Positions 1-10,318 of a stretch of DNA of 64,000 nucleotides are shown here, in pieces. The stretch spans positions 1,604 to 65,603 of the forward strand of contig JAWKZQ010000015.1 in assembly GCA_041395865.1 (NCBI GenBank), given 5' to 3'. The translations under genes and the position numbers were made by a program. How positions within the stretch are numbered: position 1 is the stretch's first letter; each line of letters starts with the position of its first letter. This DNA is from Pseudomonadales bacterium (GTDB taxonomy: Bacteria > Pseudomonadota > Gammaproteobacteria > Pseudomonadales > IMCC2047). The notes below the pieces were generated by a model that ran no database searches, was not told the origin of the DNA, and saw only the letters and a list, made by a program, of their open reading frames with translations.

Positions 1-2
1 TT

Positions 3-155
3 GCCGGCGTGCCGATTGTCTTTAACATCCCCAAGGAACGCGGGTTTATGTTTTCCGGTGCAATCCTGACCATTGCCCTGGTACTGGCCGTGGTGCTGCT
101 AATCAGCATGGTCATTGTCTGGGTCATGGGCTTCAGCCCTGAGTTCACCAATTAA
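3..155 (+). CDS. 3' end of a membrane protein gene cut by the window edge
   Basis: Frame 3 is open from the window edge to TAA at 153-155. The tail ...FSGAILTIALVLAVVLLISMVIVWVMGFSPEFTN is one hydrophobic helix. A terminator hairpin follows. Confidence 0.45.
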   Translation, partial: AGVPIVFNIPKERGFMFSGAILTIALVLAVVLLISMVIVWVMGFSPEFTN

Positions 156-170
156 GGCCACACAAAACAA

Positions 171-199
171 AAGGGGAGCCGAGGCTCCCCTTTTTTTCG
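171..199. terminator. Bidirectional rho-independent terminator
   Basis: GGGGAGCC/GGCTCCCC stem at 173-190. A T7 run follows on the plus strand, and an A-rich run before it gives a T-rich tail on the minus strand. Confidence 0.7.
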
Positions 200-209
200 C
201 CGAAGAAAA

Positions 210-404
210 CTAACGCCGCTCTTCAGCCTCAATAGCGCGACGCCGCTCCTCCAGACCGTCAATCACCTGCTGCCGCTGCTGATCGTCCATATCATGCCAG
301 TCAGAAATTTCCTCGATATTTCGAAAACAGCCCATACAGACGCCGTCGAACAGGCTACAGAGCCCTATACAGGGGGAAGTCACGGTTGGATTAGGGGTAG
401 GCAC
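210..404 (-). CDS. DUF1289-type small Cys-rich protein
   Basis: SPCIGLCSLFDGVCMGCFRNIEEISDWH matches the CxGxC...CxGCxR..EI..W pattern of the DUF1289/YdhL family. I prefer the GTG start at 404 (GGAG 7 nt upstream) over the 488 start in the ORF track. Confidence 0.6.
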   Translation of the reverse strand: MPTPNPTVTSPCIGLCSLFDGVCMGCFRNIEEISDWHDMDDQQRQQVIDGLEERRRAIEAEERR

Positions 405-513
405 AACAAACTCCAAACAATAAAACGAAACGGTTATTAAGCGGTAAAGTTTATGTTTTAATTGGCGCTTCGACTTGATTGAAAGCAATTAAAAGCAATT
501 TGGAACAGGCTAA

Positions 514-1071
514 ATGAATTATTGTAGTGAATGTGGTCAATCCGTAACTCATCGCATCCCCGAGGGTGACGACCGCCCCCGCTATGTCTGCGACAGCTGC
601 GGCGCCATTCACTACCAAAACCCGCGCATTATAGCAGGCTGCCTGACAACCTACGAAAATAAAGTGCTGTTGTGCAAACGTGCGATTGAACCCCGTTACG
701 GCCTCTGGACCTTACCAGCCGGTTTTATGGAAAATGGTGAAACCACGCTACAGGCAGCGATCAGGGAAACCTGGGAAGAGGCACTGGCGGAAGTGGAATG
801 CGAAGGCCTCTATGCCGTTTTTAACCTGCCTAAAATCAACCAGGTTTACATGATTTTTCGCGGTGAACTCGAAAGCCTCGACTTTGGCCCCGGAACGGAA
901 TCACTGGAAACCCAGCTTTTCGAAGAACAGGATATCCCCTGGGATGACCTGGCCTTTGAGGTTATGCGTAAAACCCTGGAACTCTACTTCCATGACCGTC
1001 AAACCGGCACATTCCCGGTACGCATGCTGGATATTACCCAGCACAAACGCTTCGCCAAAACGAAAAACTAA
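514..1071 (+). CDS. Nudix hydrolase with N-terminal zinc ribbon
   Basis: Nudix box GFMENGETTLQAAIRETWEEALA (GX5EX7REUXEEXGU). N-terminal CSECG...CDSCG zinc ribbon. Confidence 0.85.
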   Translation: MNYCSECGQSVTHRIPEGDDRPRYVCDSCGAIHYQNPRIIAGCLTTYENKVLLCKRAIEPRYGLWTLPAGFMENGETTLQAAIRETWEEALAEVECEGLYAVFNLPKINQVYMIFRGELESLDFGPGTESLETQLFEEQDIPWDDLAFEVMRKTLELYFHDRQTGTFPVRMLDITQHKRFAKTKN

Positions 1072-1388
1072 AGCCTGTTGACATCCGTCAGAGGCCAAAC
1101 TGAATAGGCCGGTTCCTCATAGGGGTGAGCCGCCAGCATGGCCTCGACGGCCGCTTTGAGCACGGTTTTTTCGCAAACCAGCTCGACCCGATACTCAGCC
1201 ACCTGCTCCACCTTCCCCTGCTGCCCCAGATAAGGCGCACTCCCTTGCAGCGGCCTGAACTGCCCCTGCCCCAGGGTTTGCCAGGCACAGCTGTCATAAT
1301 CCCCGATTTTACCCGCGCCCGCCTCAAACAAAGCCGTCTTTACCGATTCCAAATGCGCCTTGGGCACATACACAACAATTTGATACAT
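1068..1388 (-). CDS. Small NIF3/YqfO C-terminal-domain-like protein (about 106 aa)
   Basis: MYQIVVYVPKAHLESVKTALFEAGAGKIGDYDSCAW...HPYEEPAY resembles the small NIF3-associated fold family. The ATG at 1388 is preferred because the longer 1652 start would overlap the yaaA start. Confidence 0.55.
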   Translation of the reverse strand: MYQIVVYVPKAHLESVKTALFEAGAGKIGDYDSCAWQTLGQGQFRPLQGSAPYLGQQGKVEQVAEYRVELVCEKTVLKAAVEAMLAAHPYEEPAYSVWPLTDVNRL

Positions 1389-1467
1389 AAGCTCCACTCG
1401 AAATAAAAACCGCCGCCTTTTTACGCTAGAATAGCGGCTTTGAAACGCAACTGTCACTGGAACCATT

Positions 1468-2235
1468 ATGCTTGTTGTTATCTCGCCTGCAAAAACCCTC
1501 GACTTTGAAACACCTGCACGCTCTGACATTTCAACAATACCCGGTTTTCTGGAGGACTCGGAACGCCTGGTCGAACGCATGCGCGAGCTGGCTCCGGCCG
1601 ACATTGCCAAACTGATGAAAATCAGTGACAAGTTGGCGGTACTGAACAGCACCCGCTACGAAACCTGGTCACAGCCCTTTACGCCCGACAACGCCAAACA
1701 AGCCGTACTGGCCTTTAAAGGTGATGTCTACACAGGCCTGGATGCGGAAACCCTTTCACCTGACCAGGACCAGTATGCCCAACAACACCTGCGCATCCTG
1801 TCTGGCCTGTATGGCATCCTGAAGCCGCTCGACCTGATCCAGCCCTATCGCCTGGAAATGGGCACTAAATTAAACAATGCGCGTGGTAAGGACCTTTACC
1901 AGTTCTGGGGCGATAAAATTACCGATGCCCTCAACGAAGAGCTCGGCGAAGACGACGTGCTCATCAATCTGGCATCCAATGAGTACTTTAAATCGGTCAA
2001 CACCAGGAAACTGCATGCCCGTATCGTTACGCCCGTGTTCAAGGATACCAAGAACGGCGTACAGAAAATCATCAGCTTCTATGCCAAGAAAGCCCGCGGC
2101 CTGATGACGCGCTACATGATCGACAACCGGATCGAGCAGGCTGAGGCGCTCAAGGACTTCGATGTGGCCGGTTACCGGTTTGACGCCAGTCAGTCGACAG
2201 CGAATGAGTGGGTGTTTACGCGCCCGGAGCAATAG
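1468..2235 (+). CDS. yaaA: Peroxide stress protein YaaA (UPF0246)
   Basis: N-terminus [14 protein letters not shown] and a 255-aa length are typical of YaaA. Confidence 0.9.
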   Translation: MLVVISPAKTLDFETPARSDISTIPGFLEDSERLVERMRELAPADIAKLMKISDKLAVLNSTRYETWSQPFTPDNAKQAVLAFKGDVYTGLDAETLSPDQDQYAQQHLRILSGLYGILKPLDLIQPYRLEMGTKLNNARGKDLYQFWGDKITDALNEELGEDDVLINLASNEYFKSVNTRKLHARIVTPVFKDTKNGVQKIISFYAKKARGLMTRYMIDNRIEQAEALKDFDVAGYRFDASQSTANEWVFTRPEQ

Positions 2236-2523
2236 CCTAAAACCCGTTCGAATAAGCGAACAGGGTGGGCACGACCAAAGCAGCCTGCCCCGGCGGATCG
2301 TTTCACGCTCGGCGTCGCTCAGCGTATCGAGCCTCTTCCGACGGTAATTGCCGTTCAAGCGCTCGTCCTGCAGAATGAAGCCACCCTTCACCCCCGGCAA
2401 TCGAGCCGTGGCATTGGCAATACTCCTATACCACCGCCTCAAAAGGCCAGCCTAGACCTTCACTCCTATCGATGACGACCTCCAGCAGCCCAACGCTCTT
2501 AGCCAGGATTTTGTCAGCCTACA

Positions 2524-3633
2524 TTGAAGGCGTATGATGGCCCTATTCACAACAAACAATACGGCCAAAACCCAATCAAGCCTATGCTACTACTGATCCT
2601 ATATGCGTTGACGGCGTTGCTTTTCTCCTTTCTCTGTTCAATTGCAGAAGCGGTGATCCTCAGCATCAGCAATGCACATATCGCCAACCTGGAACAACAG
2701 GGCAAACCGGCCGGAAAATTACTCCGCCGACTGAAAAAAAACGTCGACCAGCCCTTAGCCGCCATTCTGACCTTAAACACTATTGCCCATACCGTCGGCG
2801 CTGCCGGTGTCGGCGCGCAGGCCTCTGTGGTATTCGGCAGCGCTTCCCTGGGCATCACCTCGGCCGTTCTGACCTTCCTTATCCTGATTTTCTCGGAAAT
2901 CATCCCCAAAACCCTGGGCGCACTTTACTGGCGACAACTGGCGCCGGTCACTGCCCACGGCCTCAAATGGTTAATCCGTGTGCTCTACCCCTTTGTCAAA
3001 CTCTCCGAGAAACTGACCCGGCTTCTGGGCGACAAACCTCACCTGCATGGCCTGAACCGAGCCGAGTTTGCCGCTATGGCTGAGGTCAGCGCCAGCGAGG
3101 GGCAGTTGGCGCTTCAGGAATCGAAAATCCTGCAAAACCTGCTGAACCTGCGTGAAATTCGCGTCAGCGATGTGATGACCCCGCGGACCGTGGTTTTCTC
3201 TGCCGATGAAAACCTGACCATTGCCGAGTTCCTGCAACTGCAACACCCCCACCAGTTTTCCCGCATCCCCATCTTCGAGGAAACCGCCGACAAGGTTCAC
3301 AGTTTTGTATTGCGTAGCGACCTGCTGGTCGCTCAGGCTGAAGGGCGGGCCCGGCAACCGCTGAAACAGTTTCGTCGGCCTGTTAACGTCACCCTGGATT
3401 CGATGGCCCTGTCACAGGTACTGGATGAGTTTATCCGCCTTAAAGCGCATTTAATGCTCGTCGTTGACGAATACGGGGATATGAAGGGCATCATCACGCT
3501 TGAGGATATTTTCGAAACCCTGCTGGGCCTCGAAATTACGGACGAAAGCGATAATATCGAAGACATGCAGAAACTTGCACGCAAGTTATGGAAGCACCGT
3601 GCCAGGGAAATCGGATTGAACATCAGGGAATAA
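2524..3633 (+). CDS. CNNM/DUF21 plus CBS-pair membrane protein (HlyC/CorC-type transporter family)
   Basis: N-terminal transmembrane helices followed by a CBS-pair-like region (VMTPRTVVFS...ITLEDIFE). The start is uncertain: TTG at 2524 or ATG at 2584. Confidence 0.75.
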   Translation: MKAYDGPIHNKQYGQNPIKPMLLLILYALTALLFSFLCSIAEAVILSISNAHIANLEQQGKPAGKLLRRLKKNVDQPLAAILTLNTIAHTVGAAGVGAQASVVFGSASLGITSAVLTFLILIFSEIIPKTLGALYWRQLAPVTAHGLKWLIRVLYPFVKLSEKLTRLLGDKPHLHGLNRAEFAAMAEVSASEGQLALQESKILQNLLNLREIRVSDVMTPRTVVFSADENLTIAEFLQLQHPHQFSRIPIFEETADKVHSFVLRSDLLVAQAEGRARQPLKQFRRPVNVTLDSMALSQVLDEFIRLKAHLMLVVDEYGDMKGIITLEDIFETLLGLEITDESDNIEDMQKLARKLWKHRAREIGLNIRE

Positions 3634-3678
3634 TTGCTCACGTCGATAGCCCTAATATGACCGGAAAGGAGCCCGTCA

Positions 3679-5124
3679 ATGCGTTCACCCCTCGCCAATG
3701 AAAACCTTCATCGCGATCCAACTTGCCCAGCGGACGACAAGGGGCTAAGTGGCATCCACCCGCTGGCCAATGCACGGGACAGTTTCGCGGTAAGGGTTCT
3801 GTTCGCACGGATGGCAAAACACACGCTGGATGTGCAGTATTACATCTGGCACAAGGACACAACCGGCCTGCTATTGCTGAGCGAACTGCTATCGGCGGCC
3901 AGGCGTGGCGTTCATGTCAGGCTATTACTGGACGATAACGGCATTGCCGGACTGGACGCTTATTTATCGGCACTCAACGAACACCCCAATATTGAAGTGC
4001 GGTTATTCAACCCGTTCGCCCAGCGCCGCCATAAATGGCTAGGGTACCTGACCGACTTCTCGCGCGTGAATCGCCGCATGCACAATAAAGCCTTCGTTAT
4101 GGACAACAGGATGGCGATCATCGGGGGGCGGAACATCGGCGACGAATATTTTGCCGCAACGCACGATGTCTTATTTGCGGATTTGGACATGATGATCGCC
4201 GGCGATGTCATCAAGGAGTTATCGACGAGCTTCAATCGCTATTGGACAAGCCAACCGGCCTGCCCCATCGAACAGATTATCCGCCAGCGTGGCACTGATG
4301 CCCTCAATCAGTTAAATGAAGCGGTGCAAGGCATCTTCTCGCGGCCCGATGCAGAAATAAAAGCGTACCTCGACACTCTCCAGAAATCAGTGCTGATACA
4401 TCAAATGATGACAAACACCCTGGATTTAGAGTGGACCCATGTGCGCATGGTCTGCGACGACCCCGTTAAAAGTCTCGGCAAAGCAGACGATAACAAGCTC
4501 GTGATAACCCAACTGCAGTCTATTTTTGAAAATGCCAAACGTTCCATCACGCTGGTTTCCCCATATTTTGTACCAACCGCTACGGGCACCCATACGCTCA
4601 GGAAACTTGCCGATCAGGGCTTACAGATTCGTATTCTGACCAACTCCCATGGCGCAACGGACGTACTACCGGTACATGCCGGATATAACAAATGGCGAAA
4701 AAAACTGCTCAAAAGCAATATCAAATTGTACGAAATGAAACGCCTGGCTGACATCGAATACCATCAACGTATCGGTCGCCTTGGCAGCTCCGGCTCAAGC
4801 CTGCATGCCAAAACCTTTGCCGTGGATGGCGAGCGTATTTTTGTTGGCTCCTTTAACTTCGATCCGCGCTCGGCAAAACTGAATACCGAACTGGGTTTCA
4901 TCATTGACAGTTCTACACTCAGCTCGCAGCTGGACAGCCTGTTCAACAGGGTAATCCCCAATGCCGCCTATGAAATCCAAATCAACGCCGCGGGCAGGTT
5001 GTCCTGGCTCGAGCGGCTTGACGACGACCACCAGAGGCGACACCGTACCGAACCGGACAGCAGTTTTTTTCAACGCCTGGTTGTACGTCTTTTGGGGATG
5101 CTTCCCATCGATTGGCTGCTTTAA
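3679..5124 (+). CDS. Phospholipase D / cardiolipin synthase-family protein
   Basis: Two HKD motifs: HNKAFVMD and HAKTFAVDGERIFVGSFNFDPRS. Confidence 0.85.
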   Translation: MRSPLANENLHRDPTCPADDKGLSGIHPLANARDSFAVRVLFARMAKHTLDVQYYIWHKDTTGLLLLSELLSAARRGVHVRLLLDDNGIAGLDAYLSALNEHPNIEVRLFNPFAQRRHKWLGYLTDFSRVNRRMHNKAFVMDNRMAIIGGRNIGDEYFAATHDVLFADLDMMIAGDVIKELSTSFNRYWTSQPACPIEQIIRQRGTDALNQLNEAVQGIFSRPDAEIKAYLDTLQKSVLIHQMMTNTLDLEWTHVRMVCDDPVKSLGKADDNKLVITQLQSIFENAKRSITLVSPYFVPTATGTHTLRKLADQGLQIRILTNSHGATDVLPVHAGYNKWRKKLLKSNIKLYEMKRLADIEYHQRIGRLGSSGSSLHAKTFAVDGERIFVGSFNFDPRSAKLNTELGFIIDSSTLSSQLDSLFNRVIPNAAYEIQINAAGRLSWLERLDDDHQRRHRTEPDSSFFQRLVVRLLGMLPIDWLL

Positions 5125-5162
5125 TCTTCGGCAAACTCAAAACGCAGCAGAGTGCTTTTATT

Positions 5163-7103
5163 TCAAGGCGAAACGCTGGCCAACAACGGCGGCATTGGGC
5201 AATCCAGGCTCAGCGCCACCGCCCTGATCAATTCGATTTCTTCGGGCGTGATCTTGCCGTCCTGGGCCGCACACCGGCACAGGGCTTTCAATAAGCGCGG
5301 TTTTTGCAAAGGTTGTAACCGGTTGAGCACCTGGGTCGCCCGGGAAAGGTCCTTAAGACGGTAGTCAGATCGGGGGACAAAGCGCAAACGCCGCAAGCCA
5401 AGCGATGCCGACGCCTCAGAAAAGCTCTGCACAGCGGCGGCCTCGTCTCCAGGCGCGCCCGCATCGGCGACAGCAGAGAGCAAAAGGCCGCAGGCTTTTC
5501 CAACCAGCTTCAAGGAGCGGATCGGAGCGAATTCAGCAGGATTATATGACGCGGGCTCGAGCTGCTGTAACAGCACCCGATACAGAGCCCACTCATGAAG
5601 GTCAATTCGCTGATCGGCCTGCATCAGGGCAACCAGATTGACCCGGAAACGTTGTAGCTGAGGCTCGGATAGCTGTTTAAGCGCCGGGATACAGAGTTCC
5701 AGTAACGGTAGTCGATAGCGGGCCTCCCTCTCCAGGCTTTTATCCAGCGTTTGAGCCAACCCATAGACCACGGAATCGGCCTCTTCCCTGAGCTGTTGCC
5801 ACTGTTTTTCGCGTACGGCTTCATCCGTATCCAACAGCAGACAGTAAACCAGGGCGCGTGCTCCGTAGGGTTCGGCCGCTGACGCCAGCAAGGTTTCCGG
5901 CAGGGACGCCAGCAGCGCATGGGCATAGGCCACGTGCCTGTCATCGGTAACGCCAACACTATCCAGCAGCGCCTGTCCGGCACTGTCGGCAGCCATACGC
6001 CCGGCCGCAGCGCTGAACCCGGAAATCGGTTCGGCAACAGCCTCTGAACGCGAGCGCCTTGACGCCGCAGCAGGCTGTGAAATAACGGCATAACGCCCGT
6101 TCCAGTGCGGATCAATGCGTCGTATACGCTCATCGAGCGGTGGGTGGGTAGCCATCAAGTTGCCAAAAAAAGGCTTCACGGCCTGCCCGAAGAACATATG
6201 GCTGATTTCAGTGGCCTCCGGATGCTCGACCGAAGAACCCGCGCTGAAACCGCCAATTTTCTTTAAAGCCCCGGCGATACCGTCCGGGTTCCGGGTAAAT
6301 TGCACCGCGGAGGAATCCGCCAGGAATTCACGTTGCCGACTGACGGCTGCCTTGATCCAGTTCCCGAAAAAAGTACCCGCATAACCAATTACCATCAAAC
6401 CCGCGCCCAGCGCCAGGAAGGGCAATGCCCCATTATTTTTACTGGATCGGCTGCGGTAACCTGAGCGGGATACACTGCGCAACAGGAAATGTCCGATCAG
6501 CCCCAGGACGAGGATACCGTGCAATACACCGATCAGGCGGATATTAAGGCGCATATCGCCATTGAAAATATGACTGAATTCATGGGCAATCACGCCCTGC
6601 AGTTCGTCCCGGCTAAGCTGTTGAATGGAGCCCCGCGTTACGCCTATCACTGCATCGGAGGGCTTATAACCGGCTGCGAAGGCGTTAATGCCCGCTTCAT
6701 CGATAAGATATACCGGCGGCACAGGCGTACCCGAAGCAATGGCCATTTCCTGCACCACATTGAGCAACTTACGCTCGTCGGCATCATCGGTATTGAGGTT
6801 CAGCAGTCGCCCACCCATGGCTTCAGCCACCACCTTGCCGCCACCGGACAGCTGGGTCAGTTTGTAAACGCTGGCCAGCAGCACAACAAACACTATCACC
6901 GCCGCAACCTTGAAAAGCGTGCTCCAGCTGAAGTATTGCAGGGCAAGCTGCCACTCCTGCATCGGCACACCGTTCATCCAGGCCAGGACAGCCACCACCA
7001 GTAACTGGGTAAGGCCGATCAGCAGGAGTACCGCAATACTGAAAAGCACCACCAGGCGGCCAGTCTTGCGACGCGCCTGGTCCTGGTGTTCAAAGAAATT
7101 CAT
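5163..7103 (-). CDS. M48-family zinc metallopeptidase with long C-terminal domain
   Basis: HEFSHI (HExxH) after N-terminal transmembrane helices. It lies directly downstream of lemA, the usual LemA-M48 pairing. Confidence 0.85.
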   Translation of the reverse strand: MNFFEHQDQARRKTGRLVVLFSIAVLLLIGLTQLLVVAVLAWMNGVPMQEWQLALQYFSWSTLFKVAAVIVFVVLLASVYKLTQLSGGGKVVAEAMGGRLLNLNTDDADERKLLNVVQEMAIASGTPVPPVYLIDEAGINAFAAGYKPSDAVIGVTRGSIQQLSRDELQGVIAHEFSHIFNGDMRLNIRLIGVLHGILVLGLIGHFLLRSVSRSGYRSRSSKNNGALPFLALGAGLMVIGYAGTFFGNWIKAAVSRQREFLADSSAVQFTRNPDGIAGALKKIGGFSAGSSVEHPEATEISHMFFGQAVKPFFGNLMATHPPLDERIRRIDPHWNGRYAVISQPAAASRRSRSEAVAEPISGFSAAAGRMAADSAGQALLDSVGVTDDRHVAYAHALLASLPETLLASAAEPYGARALVYCLLLDTDEAVREKQWQQLREEADSVVYGLAQTLDKSLEREARYRLPLLELCIPALKQLSEPQLQRFRVNLVALMQADQRIDLHEWALYRVLLQQLEPASYNPAEFAPIRSLKLVGKACGLLLSAVADAGAPGDEAAAVQSFSEASASLGLRRLRFVPRSDYRLKDLSRATQVLNRLQPLQKPRLLKALCRCAAQDGKITPEEIELIRAVALSLDCPMPPLLASVSP

Positions 7104-7117
7104 GCAGGGTACTGGGA

Positions 7118-7714
7118 TTAAAACTTGATTTCCGGGGCTTTACGGATTTCCGCACTATCGTCAAACTCCAGCAAACTGGCGTCTTTACCGTGCCCAAAGG
7201 TAGGCGCGAAAATCACCGGGGGGAAGCTCTGGCGATAGGTGTTGTACGTGGTTACGGCATCATTAAAGGCCTGCCGGGAAAAGGAAACCTTGTTCTCGGT
7301 GCTGGTCAGCTCTTCGCTAAGCTGCATCATATTCTGGTTGGCTTTCAGATCGGGGTAAGCCTCCATCACCACATTCAGACGCCCCAGGGCACCCGCCAGC
7401 AACCCCTCGGCACCCGCCAGCTCACCCAAGGCCGCAGCACTGCCCGGATCGGCGGCTGCCGCTTTCAGGCCCGCCATAGCCTGGTTGCGGGCGCCAATCA
7501 CGGCTTCCAGGGTCTCACGCTCATGGCTTAAGTAAGCCTTGGCGGTTTCCACCAGGTTAGGGATCAGGTCATATCGACGTTTGAGCTGCACTTCGATCTG
7601 GGCGAAGGCATTTTCATAGCGGTTCTTTAATGAAACCAGCTTGTTGTAAATGCCGACGGCGTAAAAAATGATCAGGGCCAAGACCACGAGAACCACAATC
7701 GTACTGATATCCAT
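7118..7714 (-). CDS. lemA: LemA family protein
   Basis: One N-terminal transmembrane helix plus a YNKLV...[24 protein letters not shown] LemA-type core. The ATG at 7714 has an AAAGGAAG Shine-Dalgarno (SD) sequence, so the 7780 start is probably an extension. Confidence 0.85.
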   Translation of the reverse strand: MDISTIVVLVVLALIIFYAVGIYNKLVSLKNRYENAFAQIEVQLKRRYDLIPNLVETAKAYLSHERETLEAVIGARNQAMAGLKAAAADPGSAAALGELAGAEGLLAGALGRLNVVMEAYPDLKANQNMMQLSEELTSTENKVSFSRQAFNDAVTTYNTYRQSFPPVIFAPTFGHGKDASLLEFDDSAEIRKAPEIKF

Positions 7715-7840
7715 AGGGCTTCCTTTGCTGAACTGTTGGATCAAATGCTTTAAGTGTGGCCAATATCTGCGCTTTTTCAACGCGTTTCACAGACAAACTT
7801 CTATACTCAAATCACTGTCTGCCACATTCGCTAGCAATCC

Positions 7841-8191
7841 ATGTTCAAAAGCATCATTTACCTGACAGGCGCATTGGCCCTGCACTTTACCGACTTCGCT
7901 CACCCGAGTGCCTTTTTCAGCGTCTTCCTTCCTGTCATCGACGCCCTGTTCCTGATTTTCTTATGTTGGCAGCTCTTGTTTTTCATGACCCTGAACACCG
8001 GCTTTTCCGACGGCGACAGCTACTCTTTTTACGACCTGGTTGCCGATATTTATGACCTGCGTTACGACATACAGGAACAGGGTCCCCTGAAAGCTTTCCT
8101 TTCCCTGGCCCTGAACCTCTTCGACCTGGTTTGCTTTTTCATAGCCATGTTTTATTACTATGGCATGGTCATCGATTTAGTTCGCCTGTAA
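7841..8191 (+). CDS. Hypothetical small membrane protein
   Basis: 116-aa ORF with three or four hydrophobic segments, followed by a terminator. No family recognised. Confidence 0.4.
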   Translation: MFKSIIYLTGALALHFTDFAHPSAFFSVFLPVIDALFLIFLCWQLLFFMTLNTGFSDGDSYSFYDLVADIYDLRYDIQEQGPLKAFLSLALNLFDLVCFFIAMFYYYGMVIDLVRL

Positions 8192-8193
8192 AC

Positions 8194-8224
8194 AAAACGG
8201 GCCGCATTAGCGGCCCGTTTTGTT
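8194..8224. terminator. Bidirectional terminator between the small membrane ORF and serC
   Basis: AAAACGGGCCGC-ATTA-GCGGCCCGTTTT perfect hairpin with A/T runs on both sides. Confidence 0.75.
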
Positions 8225-8243
8225 AAGCTGGAGCGAACAGTGA

Positions 8244-9338
8244 TTAACCGTTTTTACGCTCGAACTCCTTCATAAAGTCAGCCAGCAGCTGAACGCCTTC
8301 AACCGGCATAGAGTTGTAGATAGAGGCGCGCAGGCCACCTACCACGGCATGCCCTTTCAAGGCATACATACCCTGCTCCAGCGCTTCAGCGATGAACTTG
8401 TCCGCCAACTCGTTATTGTTCGGCAGGTGGAAGGAAACGTTCATTGTAGAACGGAAATCCGGGTGCGCTACCGCCTGGTAGAAATCGGAGTTATCCAGCA
8501 CATCGTAGAGAATCTTCGCCTTATGCTCGTTGATTTCCTCAATAGCCGCCACGCCGCCCTTCTCTTTCAACCACTCCAGTACGCACATCAGCAGGTAAAT
8601 GGCGAAGGTATTGGTGGTGTTAGCCAACGAGTTTTCATCAGCGCTGACCTTGAAGTTGAGCATGGTTGGCGTGTGAGGCATGGCATGGCCCAACAGATCT
8701 TCACGAACAACCATCATGGCGACACCGGAGGGCCCCAGGTTCTTTTGCAGGCCCGCATACACCAGGCCAAACTGGTTGTAATCCATTTGACGGGACAACA
8801 GCTCGGAGGTCGCATCGACAACCAGCGGCACCTCACCGGTATCCGGGAAATCAATCCAGCGGGTTCCGTAGATGGTGTTGTTGGCAGTAATGTGCGCGTA
8901 GGCCGCATCCTGGTCAATGTCAGCCGGATCAAAGTCAGGAATACGGCTGTAACCACAGCTTTCACCATCGACAACGCGTTTGACCTCCCCGTAGCGCTCA
9001 GCTTCAAGGCGTGCCTGTTTGGCAAAGTTGCCCGTTTCAAAATAAAGCGCTTTGGGCTTGGCAACACGAGGCATCAGGTTCATTGGTATCGACGCAAACT
9101 GCATGCGCGCACCGCCGTGCATATAGAAGATTTCGAAGTTGTCGGGCACACCGGACAGCTCACGAAACAGGGAGTTACTGCGCTCGATAATTTCGATAAA
9201 TTCCTTGGAGCGGTGGCTCAGCTCCACCACGGAAACACCCAAACCACCATAATTCAGAAATTCACGCTGCGCACGTTCCATCACTGGCGTTGGCAGCATC
9301 GCCGGACCGGGGCCAAAATTAAAAACGCGATGACTCAT
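8244..9338 (-). CDS. serC: 3-phosphoserine/phosphohydroxythreonine aminotransferase
   Basis: N-terminus FNFGPGPAMLP, 364 aa, class V aminotransferase layout as in SerC. Confidence 0.92.
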   Translation of the reverse strand: MSHRVFNFGPGPAMLPTPVMERAQREFLNYGGLGVSVVELSHRSKEFIEIIERSNSLFRELSGVPDNFEIFYMHGGARMQFASIPMNLMPRVAKPKALYFETGNFAKQARLEAERYGEVKRVVDGESCGYSRIPDFDPADIDQDAAYAHITANNTIYGTRWIDFPDTGEVPLVVDATSELLSRQMDYNQFGLVYAGLQKNLGPSGVAMMVVREDLLGHAMPHTPTMLNFKVSADENSLANTTNTFAIYLLMCVLEWLKEKGGVAAIEEINEHKAKILYDVLDNSDFYQAVAHPDFRSTMNVSFHLPNNNELADKFIAEALEQGMYALKGHAVVGGLRASIYNSMPVEGVQLLADFMKEFERKNG

Positions 9339-9524
9339 AAGTTCTATCTTCCTGATGTATTAACCCGCACAAAGCCATTAATTTCGCGCAGGTTTTGGTT
9401 TTTTATCAAAAATTTTGCGGAGGATTTATACAGCAAATCGCCATTTTTTTCTAGCCATTAAAACAAGACACCCTGCAAAACACATGGAATAATCTCCAAA
9501 TCATTTCAAGTATGTAGACAGCTT

Positions 9525-10316
9525 ATGTCCGATTTAAAAACCACCCTTATCCAGCAACCCCTTTACTGGCTCGATGCAGATGCCAATCGCCAGCACTTTG
9601 AACAACTGATAACGCCCTTGAGGGGACAAACGGACCTTATCGTTTTGCCGGAAATGTTCAGCACCGGATTCAGTATGGAGCCCGCGCCCATTGCCGAACC
9701 GCTGAATGGTCCGACCCTGCAATGGCTGGGTGAACAAAGCGAAGCGGCCGACGCAGCGATCACCGGCAGTTTTACGGTTGAGGAAGACGGGTGTTTTTAT
9801 AACCGCATGGTGTTTATGCAGCCTGACGGCACGTACCAGTATTACGATAAGCGTCACTTATTCCGCATGGGGAATGAACACCATCGCTACCAAAGCGGCC
9901 GCCAACGACTCGTTGTCGACTACCGCGGCTGGCGCATATGCCCGATGGTTTGTTACGACCTGCGCTTTCCTGCCTGGTCCCGCAACGGTTACCACAACAG
10001 TGAGCATGACTTCGACCTGCTCATCTATGTGGCCAACTGGCCCCAACCGCGGCGTGAACACTGGTTGACGCTACTCAGAGCCCGCGCGATAGAAAACCTC
10101 TGTTACGTAGCCGGCGTTAACCGCCTGGGCACCGACGGAAACCAGCTTCACTACAGCGGCGACTCTGCACTTTTCGATGCATGGGGAGAGGAAATAATCA
10201 GCGCCCAGTCCCAGGCCGGCTGCTTTACCCAGACGCTCAGCCTGCAGGATTTACGTAAGACCCGTAAGCAATTCCCCGCTCACCTGGATGCCGACACCTT
10301 TGAGCTCAAGGTCTAG
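9525..10316 (+). CDS. yafV: Carbon-nitrogen hydrolase (omega-amidase YafV-like)
   Basis: Colinear with remembered E. coli YafV: LPEMFSTGF, YDKRHLFRM, CYDLRFPAWSR, YVANWP, ARAIEN. Confidence 0.85.
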   Translation: MSDLKTTLIQQPLYWLDADANRQHFEQLITPLRGQTDLIVLPEMFSTGFSMEPAPIAEPLNGPTLQWLGEQSEAADAAITGSFTVEEDGCFYNRMVFMQPDGTYQYYDKRHLFRMGNEHHRYQSGRQRLVVDYRGWRICPMVCYDLRFPAWSRNGYHNSEHDFDLLIYVANWPQPRREHWLTLLRARAIENLCYVAGVNRLGTDGNQLHYSGDSALFDAWGEEIISAQSQAGCFTQTLSLQDLRKTRKQFPAHLDADTFELKV

Positions 10317-10318
10317 GA

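Noticed and set aside
1389-1652. N-terminal extensions in the ORF track: 1068-1652, ndk to 40572, hscA to 43157, trmJ to 59152, lemA to 7780, phhB to 24063, fumA to 25589, and the response regulator from 55038.
   Set aside because: In each case an internal ATG reproduces the canonical family N-terminus, usually with a better SD. The extension is non-conserved-looking sequence that often overlaps the neighbouring gene or promoter.
8349-9461. Long ORFs antisense to strongly supported genes: 370 aa opposite serC, 285 aa opposite iscS (44939-45796), 240 aa opposite sbcB (19708-20430), 228 aa opposite yfgM (35075-35761), 235 aa opposite the TunR-like gene, 243 aa opposite the porin, and many shorter ones.
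   Set aside because: These are shadow ORFs typical of GC-biased coding DNA. They are Arg/His/Gly-rich with no recognisable motifs, and each fully overlaps a gene with clear family signatures.
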